Program-made: the position numbers and the translations under genes
Notes under the pieces: model-generated
The model's input: only the letters and a program-made list of their open reading frames with translations
What the model was told of the DNA's origin: nothing
The model's database searches: none
Shown: one piece after another, positions 50,151-59,123 of the stretch
Layout: every line of letters starts with the position of its first letter
Numbering within the stretch: the stretch's first letter is position 1
From: Mycobacteriales bacterium
Lineage (GTDB): Bacteria > Actinomycetota > Actinomycetes > Mycobacteriales > QHCA01
DNA length: 64,000 nucleotides
Assembly (NCBI GenBank): GCA_038237645.1
Contig: JBBRYN010000001.1
Location: 40,101 to 104,100 of the forward strand
Direction: 5' to 3'

Positions 50151-51509
50151 ATGACCTCGAGCGCCCTCACCGCCCGTTCCCTTGCCACCGCCACCCCCGT
50201 CTCCCGTGATCGCTACGCGGACTTCCTGCGCGTGTTCTCCATCGGCGTCGTCGTCGCCGGGCACTGGCTGATGGCGGCGCCCACCGTGGATGCAGTTGGC
50301 CGGGTCGCTGCCGGCAACGCGCTGGCCGCTGTCCCGGTGCTGCAGTATGCGACGTGGCTGCTGCAGGTGATGCCGTTGTTTTTCTTCGTGGGTGGATTCG
50401 CCCACTACACCGCGCTGCAGGGGCTGCACCGTCGCGGTGGGTCCTATCCGGACTTCGTGCGCAGCCGGGTCACCCGGCTGCTGCGTCCGACCGCGGTGTT
50501 CGTCACCACCTGGCTGGTGGCCGCCCTCGCACTGGAGGTGACCGGCCGGCAGGCGGGTCTGCTGGCTCTCGCCGTGCGTACCGTTGCCCAGCCGCTGTGG
50601 TTCCTCGGCGTCTATTTGGGCGTCATGGCGCTGGCTCCCACCATGCTGCGGTGGCACCGTCGCAGCGGAGCGGCCGTCCCCGTGCTCCTCGCCGCCGTCG
50701 CCGTGGGGGTGGACGTGGCTTCCTTCGGACTGGACGTGCCCGGCCTGCGCGCGATCAACATCGCCGTGGTCTGGCTGGCCGTGCACCAGTTGGGTTACCT
50801 CTACGCCGATGGCACGCTCCTGCGCACCCGCCGGATCGGCCTGGGCATGGTCCTCGGCGGCCTAGGCACCGTGGTGGCTCTGACCACCAGCGGCGGGTAT
50901 CCGGTGTCGATGGTGGGGATGCCGGGTGAGGCAGTGACCAACATGAACCCGCCCACGGTCGCCCTGCTCGCGCATGCCGTCTGGTTGATCGGTCTGGCGC
51001 TGCTGGTTCGCGAACCGGTCACGCGCTGGCTCGACAACGTCCGCGTATGGACGGCCGTCGTCGCCGCGAACGGCGTCGTGATGACGGTGTTCCTATGGCA
51101 CCTGACGGCGCTGTTCGCCGGTTACGGGGTCTGGCTGTGGCTGGGCGGGCACGTCGCGCCGGCCGGCAGTTCGCTGTGGTGGCAGACCCGGCCGGCGTGG
51201 CTGGCCGGCTTCGCCGTGCTCTGCCTCGTGCTGGTCACGGCTTTCCGCCGGGTGGAGCGGCCCCGCCCGGCACCGTCCGGAGGTCCGGCGCCCCGGCTCG
51301 ATCCGGCCCGGTCGCGGGTCGCGGCGGCCGGCGCCGCAGCCTGCTGCCTGGGGATCCTGGGCCTGTCGGCAACCGGATTCGGCCGGATCCTCGCAGGTCA
51401 CTCCGTCACGATGGTCGTACTGCCGATGTCGGTACCGGTTGCCGTGCTGCTGGTGTTCGCCGGTTGGCTGGCGCTGTCACTGCCTCCGTCTGCGTCGCGC
51501 CCCTCCTGA
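50151..51509 (+). CDS. Acyltransferase 3 family membrane protein (putative carotenoid-glycoside acyltransferase)
   Basis: ~10 TM segments. N-terminal FLRVFSIGVVVAGHW with the conserved His of the acyltransferase-3 family. Adjacent to the carotenoid tailoring operon. Confidence 0.75.
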   Translation: MTSSALTARSLATATPVSRDRYADFLRVFSIGVVVAGHWLMAAPTVDAVGRVAAGNALAAVPVLQYATWLLQVMPLFFFVGGFAHYTALQGLHRRGGSYPDFVRSRVTRLLRPTAVFVTTWLVAALALEVTGRQAGLLALAVRTVAQPLWFLGVYLGVMALAPTMLRWHRRSGAAVPVLLAAVAVGVDVASFGLDVPGLRAINIAVVWLAVHQLGYLYADGTLLRTRRIGLGMVLGGLGTVVALTTSGGYPVSMVGMPGEAVTNMNPPTVALLAHAVWLIGLALLVREPVTRWLDNVRVWTAVVAANGVVMTVFLWHLTALFAGYGVWLWLGGHVAPAGSSLWWQTRPAWLAGFAVLCLVLVTAFRRVERPRPAPSGGPAPRLDPARSRVAAAGAAACCLGILGLSATGFGRILAGHSVTMVVLPMSVPVAVLLVFAGWLALSLPPSASRPS

Positions 51510-51589
51510 CCGGCAAGTTCCGCCTCCAGCAGCCCTGCCCCTCCCGGGGTTGCGGTCTTGTCGGAGGAGAGGTTTACTGTTCCATGTGT

Positions 51590-51605
51590 TCGAACATACG
51601 TTCGA
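51590..51605 (+). promoter_or_regulatory. LexA SOS box (TCGAAC-ATAC-GTTCGA), actinobacterial consensus
   Basis: Perfect match to TCGAAC-N4-GTTCGA within TTCGAACATACGTTCGAACA, ~180 bp upstream of the small-protein/dnaE2 operon. Confidence 0.8.
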
Positions 51606-51787
51606 ACACCTCGTGCCGGTCGCTCGATCGGCGCGGGCGGATCTCTCGCCGCGGCGCGGTCCTCGACCCACCGCGTCCCGGTTGGGAGCCACCGGCCGGG
51701 GCGACGTGGGGAAGCGTTGCCTCGGTCCGGTGACCGCTGCTGCCCGTCTTCCCCGGCAGCACATCTGACGACGGCTGTGCGGGAAGG

Positions 51788-52141
51788 GTGTGTGCATTGA
51801 CAAGGTTGTACGGCGATGCCGTTGACGACGCCGCCGAGGTGCGGCGGCGAGCCGACGAGCCTGAACAGTTCCTCTGGCGTGACCGGTTGTATCTCGTCCG
51901 GGCCGTGTTGGAGCACTGGATGGAGTCAGGAGGATGGTGGCGCACCGGTATGACGCGGGCGGCGCGCTCCGGTGCGCCTGCCGCTGGTGTGGACGGTGCG
52001 ACAGGCGGTGCACTCGACGACGGGGAGCGGGAGTTCTGGCGGGTCGAAGCCGGTGCCGGCCGGCTCGACGACACCGGGGTGTTCGACCTGTGCTTCGACT
52101 GGTCGCACGGCCAGTGGACCGTCGTCCGGGTGCAGGACTAG
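51788..52141 (+). CDS. Small conserved hypothetical protein (117 aa; possibly DUF6504-like) upstream of dnaE2
   Basis: W/R-rich motif FLWRDRLYLVRAVLEHWMESGGWWR. First gene downstream of the SOS box. Family name recalled with low confidence. Confidence 0.5.
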   Translation: MCALTRLYGDAVDDAAEVRRRADEPEQFLWRDRLYLVRAVLEHWMESGGWWRTGMTRAARSGAPAAGVDGATGGALDDGEREFWRVEAGAGRLDDTGVFDLCFDWSHGQWTVVRVQD

Positions 52142-52145
52142 TTCG

Positions 52146-52580
52146 ATGTCCCGGATCCCGCCTCCGGCCCGTCAGTCTGCCCTGAGCCTGCTCTCTCAGG
52201 CCCGGCGGGCGATGGACGAAGCGATGGCGCTGGAGCGGCCGGCCGAGCGTTACTCCGCCACGCACCTCGCGGCACTGCGGGCGGCTGCGGCGGTGCTCGC
52301 CGCACGGGCCCGGCCGACGGCACCCGTGCCCCGACGGTTGTCGCGCCCGACCAGTGCCTGGACGCTGCTGTGCCGGGTTGCTCCGGAGCTCACGGAGTGG
52401 GCCGGATTCTTCGCCGCTGGCGCGGCCAAGCGTGCCGCTGCCGAGGCGGGCCTGCCCCGTTCGGTTACCGCGCGGGAGGCCGACGACCTGGTACGTGACG
52501 CCCAAACCTTCCTTACCGTCGTCGAGACCTTGCTCGGTTTGCTGACCGAGCCGATGCTCACCACCGCAAGGCGCGGGTGA
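52146..52580 (+). CDS. Small alpha-helical protein, HEPN-like (SAV_6107-like family), 144 aa
   Basis: All-helical, Ala/Arg-rich. 3' end overlaps the dnaE2 start (GTGA). HEPN assignment from recall of family naming. No strict Rx4-6H motif verified. Confidence 0.45.
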   Translation: MSRIPPPARQSALSLLSQARRAMDEAMALERPAERYSATHLAALRAAAAVLAARARPTAPVPRRLSRPTSAWTLLCRVAPELTEWAGFFAAGAAKRAAAEAGLPRSVTAREADDLVRDAQTFLTVVETLLGLLTEPMLTTARRG

Positions 52581-55500
52581 GAAGTGCCTTGGCAGATCCA
52601 TTCGTGCACTTACACGTCGCGTCGGGCTACTCGCTGCGGCACGGCGCGAGCTCACCGCGGGTCCTGGCCGAGCGGGCCGCCGAGCACGGCATGGACTCCC
52701 TGGCGCTGACCGACCGGGACGGCGTCTACGGCGCAGTGAAGTTCGTCATCGCCTGCCGGAGTGTCGGAGTGCGGCCCTTGCTCGGGGTCGATCTCGCCGT
52801 CGCACCGGGAAGCACCGCAGCACCGGGAAGCACCGCAGCACCGGGAAGCACCGCAGCACCGGGAAGCACCGCCCGGCGCACCCCCGCACGGGGCGGAGCG
52901 GAGGTTGATCCCCGATTGCCGCGGGTGACCCTGCTGGCCCAAGACGGGCGTGGGTGGGCTTCGTTGTGCCGGCTGATCAGTGCCACGCATTTGGCGGGGG
53001 AGCGAAGTCGCCCGGTCACCTCGCTCGACCTGATCGCGTCGCATGCGGCCGGGTTGTTCGTGTTGCTAGGGCCGGCCTCGGAGTTGGGTCGCGCGGTGGC
53101 CGCCCACCGCCCCGACCTGGCCCGGGCCGTCCTTGCTCGCTGGCGAGCGGTGCTCCCCGCGGAGGATCTGCTCGTCGAGATCGTCTCCCACCGAGGACGC
53201 GGAGACACCGGGCGGGCGGCGGCACTGCTCGGGTTTGCCGCAGCGACCAGCCTGCCAGCGATGCTGACCAACGCGGTGCGCTTCGCCGATCGGGCCAACG
53301 CGCCGATTGCGGATGTTCTCGACTCCGCCCGCCGGCTGGTCCCCCTCGGTGCCCGCTCGGTCGACCGTGTCAACGCCGAGGGCTATCTGAAGTCGGGCAA
53401 GGAGATGGCCGTGGCGGCCTACGAGGTGTGCGGCCCCGACCGCGACGCGGCTGATCGCCTGCTTGCCCGCACCAGGCACGTTGCCGATCGGTGCGCGGTC
53501 GACCCCCGCACCGATATGGGCATCGGCGAAGTGCACTTCCCCGAGCTCGGGGGAGCCGGGGCCAACGGTGCGGCGGGTGCGGCGAGGGCCGTGCTGCGGG
53601 CCAGGTGCGAGGCGGGTTTGGGTCGGCGAGTCATGGCACCCACCGCAGAAGTCCAAGAGCGGCTCGATCACGAACTCGGCATCATCGACGGGCTCGGCTA
53701 TCCGTCGTACTTCCTGACCGTGGCCGACATCGCCGACCTCATTCGCTCGCTGGGCGTGCGCTGTGCTGCCCGGGGATCGGGCGCCGGCAGCCTCGTCACC
53801 TACCTGCTGGGAATCTCCGATGTCGATCCGATCCGTTACCGGCTGCTGATGGAGCGCTTTCTGTCGCCGCTGCGCCAAGCGTTGCCCGACATCGACATCG
53901 ACGTGGAGTCGGCTCGCCGGACAGAGGTCTACGAGGCGGTGCTTGCGCGATTCGGTGCGCAGCGGTGCACGTGCGTATCGATGATGGACACCTACCGCGC
54001 CCGGCATGCGATCCGCGATGTCGGGGCGGCGCTCGGGCTGCCGCCAGGTGAGATCGACGCGGTGGCCAAGGCGTTTCCGCACATTCGGGCAAACCAGCTC
54101 CATCAGGCGTTGCACGACCTGCCCGAGCTACGGGCCAGCGGGTTGGGGGAGGCGCGCCTGTCGCTGCTGTTCACCCTGGCCGAACGGCTGGACGGGCTTC
54201 CTCGGCACATTGCCCTGCACCCCTGCGGTGTGTTGCTCTCCGATAAGACGCTGCTCGACCGCACGCCGGTCGAGGCGAGCTACCTGGGCTTCCCGATGAG
54301 CCAGTTCGACAAGGACGACGTCGAGGAACTCGGATTTCTCAAGCTCGACCTGCTCGGCATCCGGATGCAGTCGGCGATGGCCCACGCGATCGACGAGGTG
54401 CAGCGGGTCGACGGGGAGCGGATCGACATCGACGCGGTGCCGCGCGACGACCCGACGACCTTTGCGCTTGTGCGCTCCACCCGGCTGCTCGGTTGCTTCC
54501 AGATCGAGTCTCCCGGCCAGCGCGAATTGATCGGCAAGTTCGGGCCCGAGACGTTCGATGACCTCATCGTCGACATCTCGCTGTTCCGTCCCGGGCCGGT
54601 CAAGAGCGACATGGTGACACCGTTCCTCGAGGCCCGGCAGGGCTGGCGGCCGCCCAGCTACTTCCACGACGACGTACGCCCGGCGCTCGAGCAGACCTGC
54701 GGCGTGGTCGTCTTCCACGAGCAGGTGCTCGAGATCGTCGCTGTGTTGACCGGCTGCTCGCTTGCCGAGGCCGACGAGGTGCGTCGCGCGCTCGGCGACA
54801 AGGACGGCCAGGAGGAGGTGCGGGTCTGGTTCCGCCCATTGGTGCTGGCTCGTGGCTACGACCTGGCCACCGTCGATCGGGCGTGGGAGATTCTGCGCGC
54901 CTTCGGTTCGTTCGGTTTCTGCAAGGCTCATGCGGCGGCGTTTGCCCTGCCGACCTACCAGTCGGCGTGGCTCAAGGCGCACCATCCGGCCGCATTCCTC
55001 GCCGGAGTCCTCACCCATGACCCGGGCATGTATCCCAAGCGGCTGATTCTCGACGACGCCCGGCAGTTCGGCATCGCCGTGCTCGGGCTCGACGTCAACG
55101 TTTCCGAGTCGACCTATCGGATGGAGCGGGTAGGAGACTTCGACGAGCCGCCATCGGGGATCCCCGCCCGGCCTCCGCGGGCGAGTTCCGAGGACCCCGG
55201 CCGGTCGTCGCGGGCGAGTTCCGAGGACCCCGGCTGGCCGAACAGTCGTTGTCATGGGATCCGGTTGTCGCTGGCCGACGTCAGGGGCATCTCCGCAGCC
55301 GAGATCGCCCGGATCGTGGCCGGCCGGCCCTACCATTGCCTGGCCGACTTCTGGCACCGTGCGGCGGTGTCCCGCCCGATCGCGGAGCGACTGGTGGTGG
55401 CAGGCGGCTTCGACACCCTCTACGGCATCGGGACGTCGCTGACGGTGCGCCGACAAGGTCAGGTGACCCGGCGTGACCTGCTGTTGCAGGTCGCCGAGCT

Positions 55501-56422
55501 CGACCAGTGGTCCCGGGGCGTGCGGCGGTCTGCTCGGGCGACGGCACCGCGTCTGGCAGGCAAGGGCCGCCGCAAGGCCGGCGGCAGCGGCGAGCGGAGC
55601 GGCTCACCCACAGACGATCCGATCCGCAGCCAGGCAGCCGGTCAGTCTCAGGCCGCGGCCGTGCCGGAGCCGGTTGACGTCCAGCTGATCCTCGACCTCG
55701 GTGACGACCCGGGGCACACCAGCCTGTCCGGGCTACCTGAGATGACCGGTGCCGAGCGGGTACGCGCCGAGCTCGACGTGCTCGGCCTCGACGCGAGCCA
55801 GCACATCGTGGATTTCTACGAGCCGTTCTTCGCCGCGGTCGGAATTACCCGGTCGCGGGATCTGCTCGGCTGTCGCAGCAAGGCCGAAGTGCTGGTCGCG
55901 GGAGTCAAGGTCGCCACCCAGACGCCACCGGTCAGGTCTGGCCGGCGGGTCGTTTTCGTCACCCTCGACGACGCCACCGGGCCGGTCGACGCGACGTTCT
56001 TCGAGGATGCCCAAGTCGGCTATGCCAGCACTCTTTTTCACTGCTGGCTGCTGGTCATCCGCGGTGAGGTTCGGCGGACGGGCCGGCGCGGGGTGTCGAT
56101 CCGGGCGACCGGCTGCTGGGAACTCCCCGCGTTGCGGGACGCATGGGAGTGCGGCGGCCTGGCGGCGGTCGCCGCGGCGATGCGGGCCCCTGCCGTGCTC
56201 ACCGAGGAAGCGGTCCACGGCGCCGCCGAGAGCAGATCGGGCCGCCCCGTGACGACCCGGCCGCCGGGAGCCGGCCATGACGGTCCGGCCGGCCGCGCCG
56301 TGCTGGTCTCGGCCACCGGTTTCCGGCTCTCGCCATATGCCGACATCAAGCCACCTGGTGAAGCATCCCAGGGGGCGCCGCGCAAGCTGTGGCATTCCAG
56401 CCCGGGGAGTTCCGGTGGATGA
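52577..56422 (+). CDS. dnaE2: Error-prone DNA polymerase III alpha (DnaE2/ImuC), unusually long (1281 aa)
   Basis: N-terminal PHP domain HLHVASGYSL...LALTDRDGVYG. Pol III alpha core motifs. SOS box upstream. Contains two in-frame tandem-repeat insertions. Confidence 0.9.
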   Translation: MRSALADPFVHLHVASGYSLRHGASSPRVLAERAAEHGMDSLALTDRDGVYGAVKFVIACRSVGVRPLLGVDLAVAPGSTAAPGSTAAPGSTAAPGSTARRTPARGGAEVDPRLPRVTLLAQDGRGWASLCRLISATHLAGERSRPVTSLDLIASHAAGLFVLLGPASELGRAVAAHRPDLARAVLARWRAVLPAEDLLVEIVSHRGRGDTGRAAALLGFAAATSLPAMLTNAVRFADRANAPIADVLDSARRLVPLGARSVDRVNAEGYLKSGKEMAVAAYEVCGPDRDAADRLLARTRHVADRCAVDPRTDMGIGEVHFPELGGAGANGAAGAARAVLRARCEAGLGRRVMAPTAEVQERLDHELGIIDGLGYPSYFLTVADIADLIRSLGVRCAARGSGAGSLVTYLLGISDVDPIRYRLLMERFLSPLRQALPDIDIDVESARRTEVYEAVLARFGAQRCTCVSMMDTYRARHAIRDVGAALGLPPGEIDAVAKAFPHIRANQLHQALHDLPELRASGLGEARLSLLFTLAERLDGLPRHIALHPCGVLLSDKTLLDRTPVEASYLGFPMSQFDKDDVEELGFLKLDLLGIRMQSAMAHAIDEVQRVDGERIDIDAVPRDDPTTFALVRSTRLLGCFQIESPGQRELIGKFGPETFDDLIVDISLFRPGPVKSDMVTPFLEARQGWRPPSYFHDDVRPALEQTCGVVVFHEQVLEIVAVLTGCSLAEADEVRRALGDKDGQEEVRVWFRPLVLARGYDLATVDRAWEILRAFGSFGFCKAHAAAFALPTYQSAWLKAHHPAAFLAGVLTHDPGMYPKRLILDDARQFGIAVLGLDVNVSESTYRMERVGDFDEPPSGIPARPPRASSEDPGRSSRASSEDPGWPNSRCHGIRLSLADVRGISAAEIARIVAGRPYHCLADFWHRAAVSRPIAERLVVAGGFDTLYGIGTSLTVRRQGQVTRRDLLLQVAELDQWSRGVRRSARATAPRLAGKGRRKAGGSGERSGSPTDDPIRSQAAGQSQAAAVPEPVDVQLILDLGDDPGHTSLSGLPEMTGAERVRAELDVLGLDASQHIVDFYEPFFAAVGITRSRDLLGCRSKAEVLVAGVKVATQTPPVRSGRRVVFVTLDDATGPVDATFFEDAQVGYASTLFHCWLLVIRGEVRRTGRRGVSIRATGCWELPALRDAWECGGLAAVAAAMRAPAVLTEEAVHGAAESRSGRPVTTRPPGAGHDGPAGRAVLVSATGFRLSPYADIKPPGEASQGAPRKLWHSSPGSSGG
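52802..52873 (+). repeat. 18-bp x4 tandem repeat (gcaccgggaagcaccgca) inside dnaE2, encoding (APGSTA)4
   Basis: Read directly from the sequence. In frame within the PHP-domain region. Confidence 0.95.
55169..55243 (+). repeat. 33-bp tandem duplication inside dnaE2 (RASSEDPGRSS / RASSEDPGWPN)
   Basis: The 24-nt core cgggcgagttccgaggaccccggc occurs twice with a 33-nt period. In frame. Confidence 0.9.
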
Positions 56423-56497
56423 CCCTGCGCCGCCGATACGCTCGCGGGACGGGTTCGCCGACGACGGCGGCACGGGTCCAGCGCGAGGAGACACTCA

Positions 56498-57241
56498 GTG
56501 GCAGATCCCGGCAGGGCGCATACCGCTCCGCGCACTGCTGTTGTATGGACGGTGCTGCGAGCCGAGCTCGACCGCCATCCTGACGCCTCGCTGCGGGTGC
56601 TCGACGTCGGTGGCGGAAGCGGACAGTTCGCGGTGCCATTGGCCGAGCTCGGCCACCAGGTCACCGTTGTCGACGCCAGCCCCGACGCGCTCGCTGCCCT
56701 GGAGCGCCGGGCCGCCGAGCGGGGGGTGGCTGCGCGCATCACCGGTGTCCAGGGTGATGCCGACACGGTCCTGCAGGTCGTCGGGGCGTTCAGTCAAGAC
56801 CTCGTGCTGTGCCACAGCCTGCTCGAGGTCGTCGACGAGCCGGCCGCCGCACTCGACCCGATCGCCCAAACGATGCGCCCAGGCGGGTGTGCCAGCGTGC
56901 TCGTGGCCAACCGCAACGCCGTGGTGTTGTCGCGGGCGCTCGGCGGCCATCTTGCCGACGCGGTCCGGGCCATGCACGACCCGGCCGGGCGGTGGGGTGA
57001 CGGCGATGCGGCACTTCGTCGCTACGACCTGCCTGAGGCAACCGCGCTGCTGGCTGCGGCCGGCCTGGTCATCGAGGCGGTGCATGGTGTGCGTGTCGTC
57101 GCCGACCTGGTGCCAGGCGTCCTCGCCGACGCGGAGACCGGTGGCCTCAAGGCCCTTCTCGAGCTGGAGCTGGCGGCCGCCGGCCGGTCGCCCTTCCGCG
57201 ACATCGCCACCCAACTTCACCTGCTCGCCCGCCGGGGCTGA
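56498..57241 (+). CDS. Class I SAM-dependent methyltransferase
   Basis: Motif I VLDVGGGSGQFAVPLAELG. Motif post-I VTVVDAS. Lies between dnaE2 and dinB. Confidence 0.8.
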   Translation: MADPGRAHTAPRTAVVWTVLRAELDRHPDASLRVLDVGGGSGQFAVPLAELGHQVTVVDASPDALAALERRAAERGVAARITGVQGDADTVLQVVGAFSQDLVLCHSLLEVVDEPAAALDPIAQTMRPGGCASVLVANRNAVVLSRALGGHLADAVRAMHDPAGRWGDGDAALRRYDLPEATALLAAAGLVIEAVHGVRVVADLVPGVLADAETGGLKALLELELAAAGRSPFRDIATQLHLLARRG

Positions 57242-57265
57242 TGTGACGGCGGCCGGAGAGGTCTG

Positions 57266-58573
57266 GTGAGTCGCTCCGCCCCCCCGCCGGTCGGTCCGGC
57301 CCCGGGCCCGGCCGCAGATGACACGGCCTGCACGATCCTGCACGTCGACATGGACGCGTTTTATGCCAGCGTCGAGCTGCGCCGCCGTCCCGATCTGCGA
57401 GGCAGGCCGGTGATCGTGGGTGGCAACGGTTCGCGGGGAGTTGTCCTGTCCGCGACCTACGAGGCGCGGGCGTTCGGCGTGCGTAGTGCCATGCCGGTGA
57501 TGCGAGCCCGCCGGCTGTGCCCGCAAGCCACGATGGTGCGCCCGGACTTCGCCGCCTATACCCAGGCCTCCCGCGGGGTGATGGAGGTGTTCCGATCGAT
57601 CACGCCGTTGTTCGAACCGCTGTCCCTGGACGAGGCGTTCCTCGATGTGAGCGGCACCCGGCGGCGGCTCGGCCGGCCGGTGGCTATTGCGGAGTTGATC
57701 CGCGGCCGCATCGCCGATGAGCAGGACATCACCTGCTCGGTGGGCGTAGCGACGACGAAGTTCGTCGCCAAGCTCGCCTCGGCCCGCTGCAAACCGGATG
57801 GCCTGCTCGTCGTGCCCGCGGGCGGCGTGGTGGGCTTCCTGCATCCCTTACCCGTGGGTGCCTTGTGGGGGGTGGGGGAGCGGACGGAGGAATTACTGCT
57901 GCGGCTGGGGCTCAAGACCGTCGGCGATATCGCCAACGCTGCGGTGGCCACCCTGCGCCGGGCGCTCGGCGACGCAGCCGGAGCGCACCTGCATGCACTG
58001 GCCTGGGGCCGCGACGAGCGCACTGTCGTGCCGCACGAGCCCGACAAGAGCATCGGTGCCGAAGAAACTTTCAGCACCGATGTCGATGATCCTGAGGTCA
58101 TCCGGCGGGAGCTGCTGCGCCTGGCCGAGCGCACCGCTGCCCGACTACGTCTTAGTGACCAGGTCGGGCGAACGGTGAGCATCAAGGTGCGTTTCGCCGA
58201 TTTCACCACGATCACCCGCTCCCGGACCCTTGACGTCCCGACCGACGTCGGGCGGGAGATCTATGGCACGGCACGGTCGTTGTTCGACGCGTTGGGATTG
58301 CAACGCGCCCGGTTGCGCCTGGTCGGGGTGCGGGTTGAGGGGATCCTGCCGGGGTCGACCACCGCTCAGCAGCTGTTGCTGGGGGCTCCTGAGCACGGCT
58401 GGCGGGAGGCGGAGCAGGCGGTCGACCGGGCAGCCCGGCGATTCGGCGACGGCGCGGTCCAGCCGGCCGCCCTGGTCGATCCGACCGACCATCGGGCCGG
58501 GCAACCCGCTGCCCGGGCTGGTGCGCCCGTGAGAATGCGGGCGCTCGACCACGATTCCGGGCCGATCGGTTGA
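57266..58573 (+). CDS. dinB: DNA polymerase IV (Y-family)
   Basis: ILHVDMDAFYASVE, SLDEAFLDV and little-finger domain. 435 aa. Confidence 0.95.
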   Translation: MSRSAPPPVGPAPGPAADDTACTILHVDMDAFYASVELRRRPDLRGRPVIVGGNGSRGVVLSATYEARAFGVRSAMPVMRARRLCPQATMVRPDFAAYTQASRGVMEVFRSITPLFEPLSLDEAFLDVSGTRRRLGRPVAIAELIRGRIADEQDITCSVGVATTKFVAKLASARCKPDGLLVVPAGGVVGFLHPLPVGALWGVGERTEELLLRLGLKTVGDIANAAVATLRRALGDAAGAHLHALAWGRDERTVVPHEPDKSIGAEETFSTDVDDPEVIRRELLRLAERTAARLRLSDQVGRTVSIKVRFADFTTITRSRTLDVPTDVGREIYGTARSLFDALGLQRARLRLVGVRVEGILPGSTTAQQLLLGAPEHGWREAEQAVDRAARRFGDGAVQPAALVDPTDHRAGQPAARAGAPVRMRALDHDSGPIG

Positions 58574-58676
58574 GCAAATTCTGAGCCTTCACTTTCCGAC
58601 GTGCGAATGCACTCGTAGACTCGGTAGGTACGACTGCGCACTGGGCGCCGCCGACCGTCCGGCAGGGGAGGAGTCC

Positions 58677-59078
58677 GTGCCTCTCTCAGAGCACGAGCAG
58701 CGCCTGCTCGATCAAATCGAGCGCGCGCTGTACGCCGAAGACCCCAAATTCGCCTCGGCCGTGCGCGCCTCCGATCCCCGCAACCGGGCGCGCCGGCGCT
58801 TGTGGCAATCCGGGGTGCTTTTCGTCGTGGGCGTCTCGTTGCTCTTCGCCGGCGTGATCAACAGCCACCTCATCGGTGCTGCCGTCGGCCTGGCCGGCTT
58901 CCTCATCATGTTCGCGGCCGCTGTTTTCGCCGCCACGAGCTGGAAGCGGATGAACGGTCGCGAGCCACTGCGCGTCGTCGGCAGCGACCGCCCCGGCCGG
59001 ACGCGGGCGCGCAAGCCCTCGCTGCTCGACCGGATGGAGCAGCGCTGGCGGGGCCGCGACGAGAATCGCGGTCGCTGA
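58677..59078 (+). CDS. DUF3040 domain membrane protein
   Basis: MPLSEHEQRLLDQIERAL N-terminus typical of DUF3040, then two TM helices. GTG start preceded by GGGGAGGAG. Confidence 0.75.
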   Translation: MPLSEHEQRLLDQIERALYAEDPKFASAVRASDPRNRARRRLWQSGVLFVVGVSLLFAGVINSHLIGAAVGLAGFLIMFAAAVFAATSWKRMNGREPLRVVGSDRPGRTRARKPSLLDRMEQRWRGRDENRGR

Positions 59079-59123
59079 CCACTCGTCGTCGCTCCGCCCG
59101 GCACGTCAGCCAAGCCACGCGGA

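Noticed and set aside
56389-56583. 64-aa ORF between dnaE2 and the methyltransferase
   Set aside because: It overlaps the dnaE2 3' end and the methyltransferase start in other frames. It has no RBS and a low-complexity sequence.
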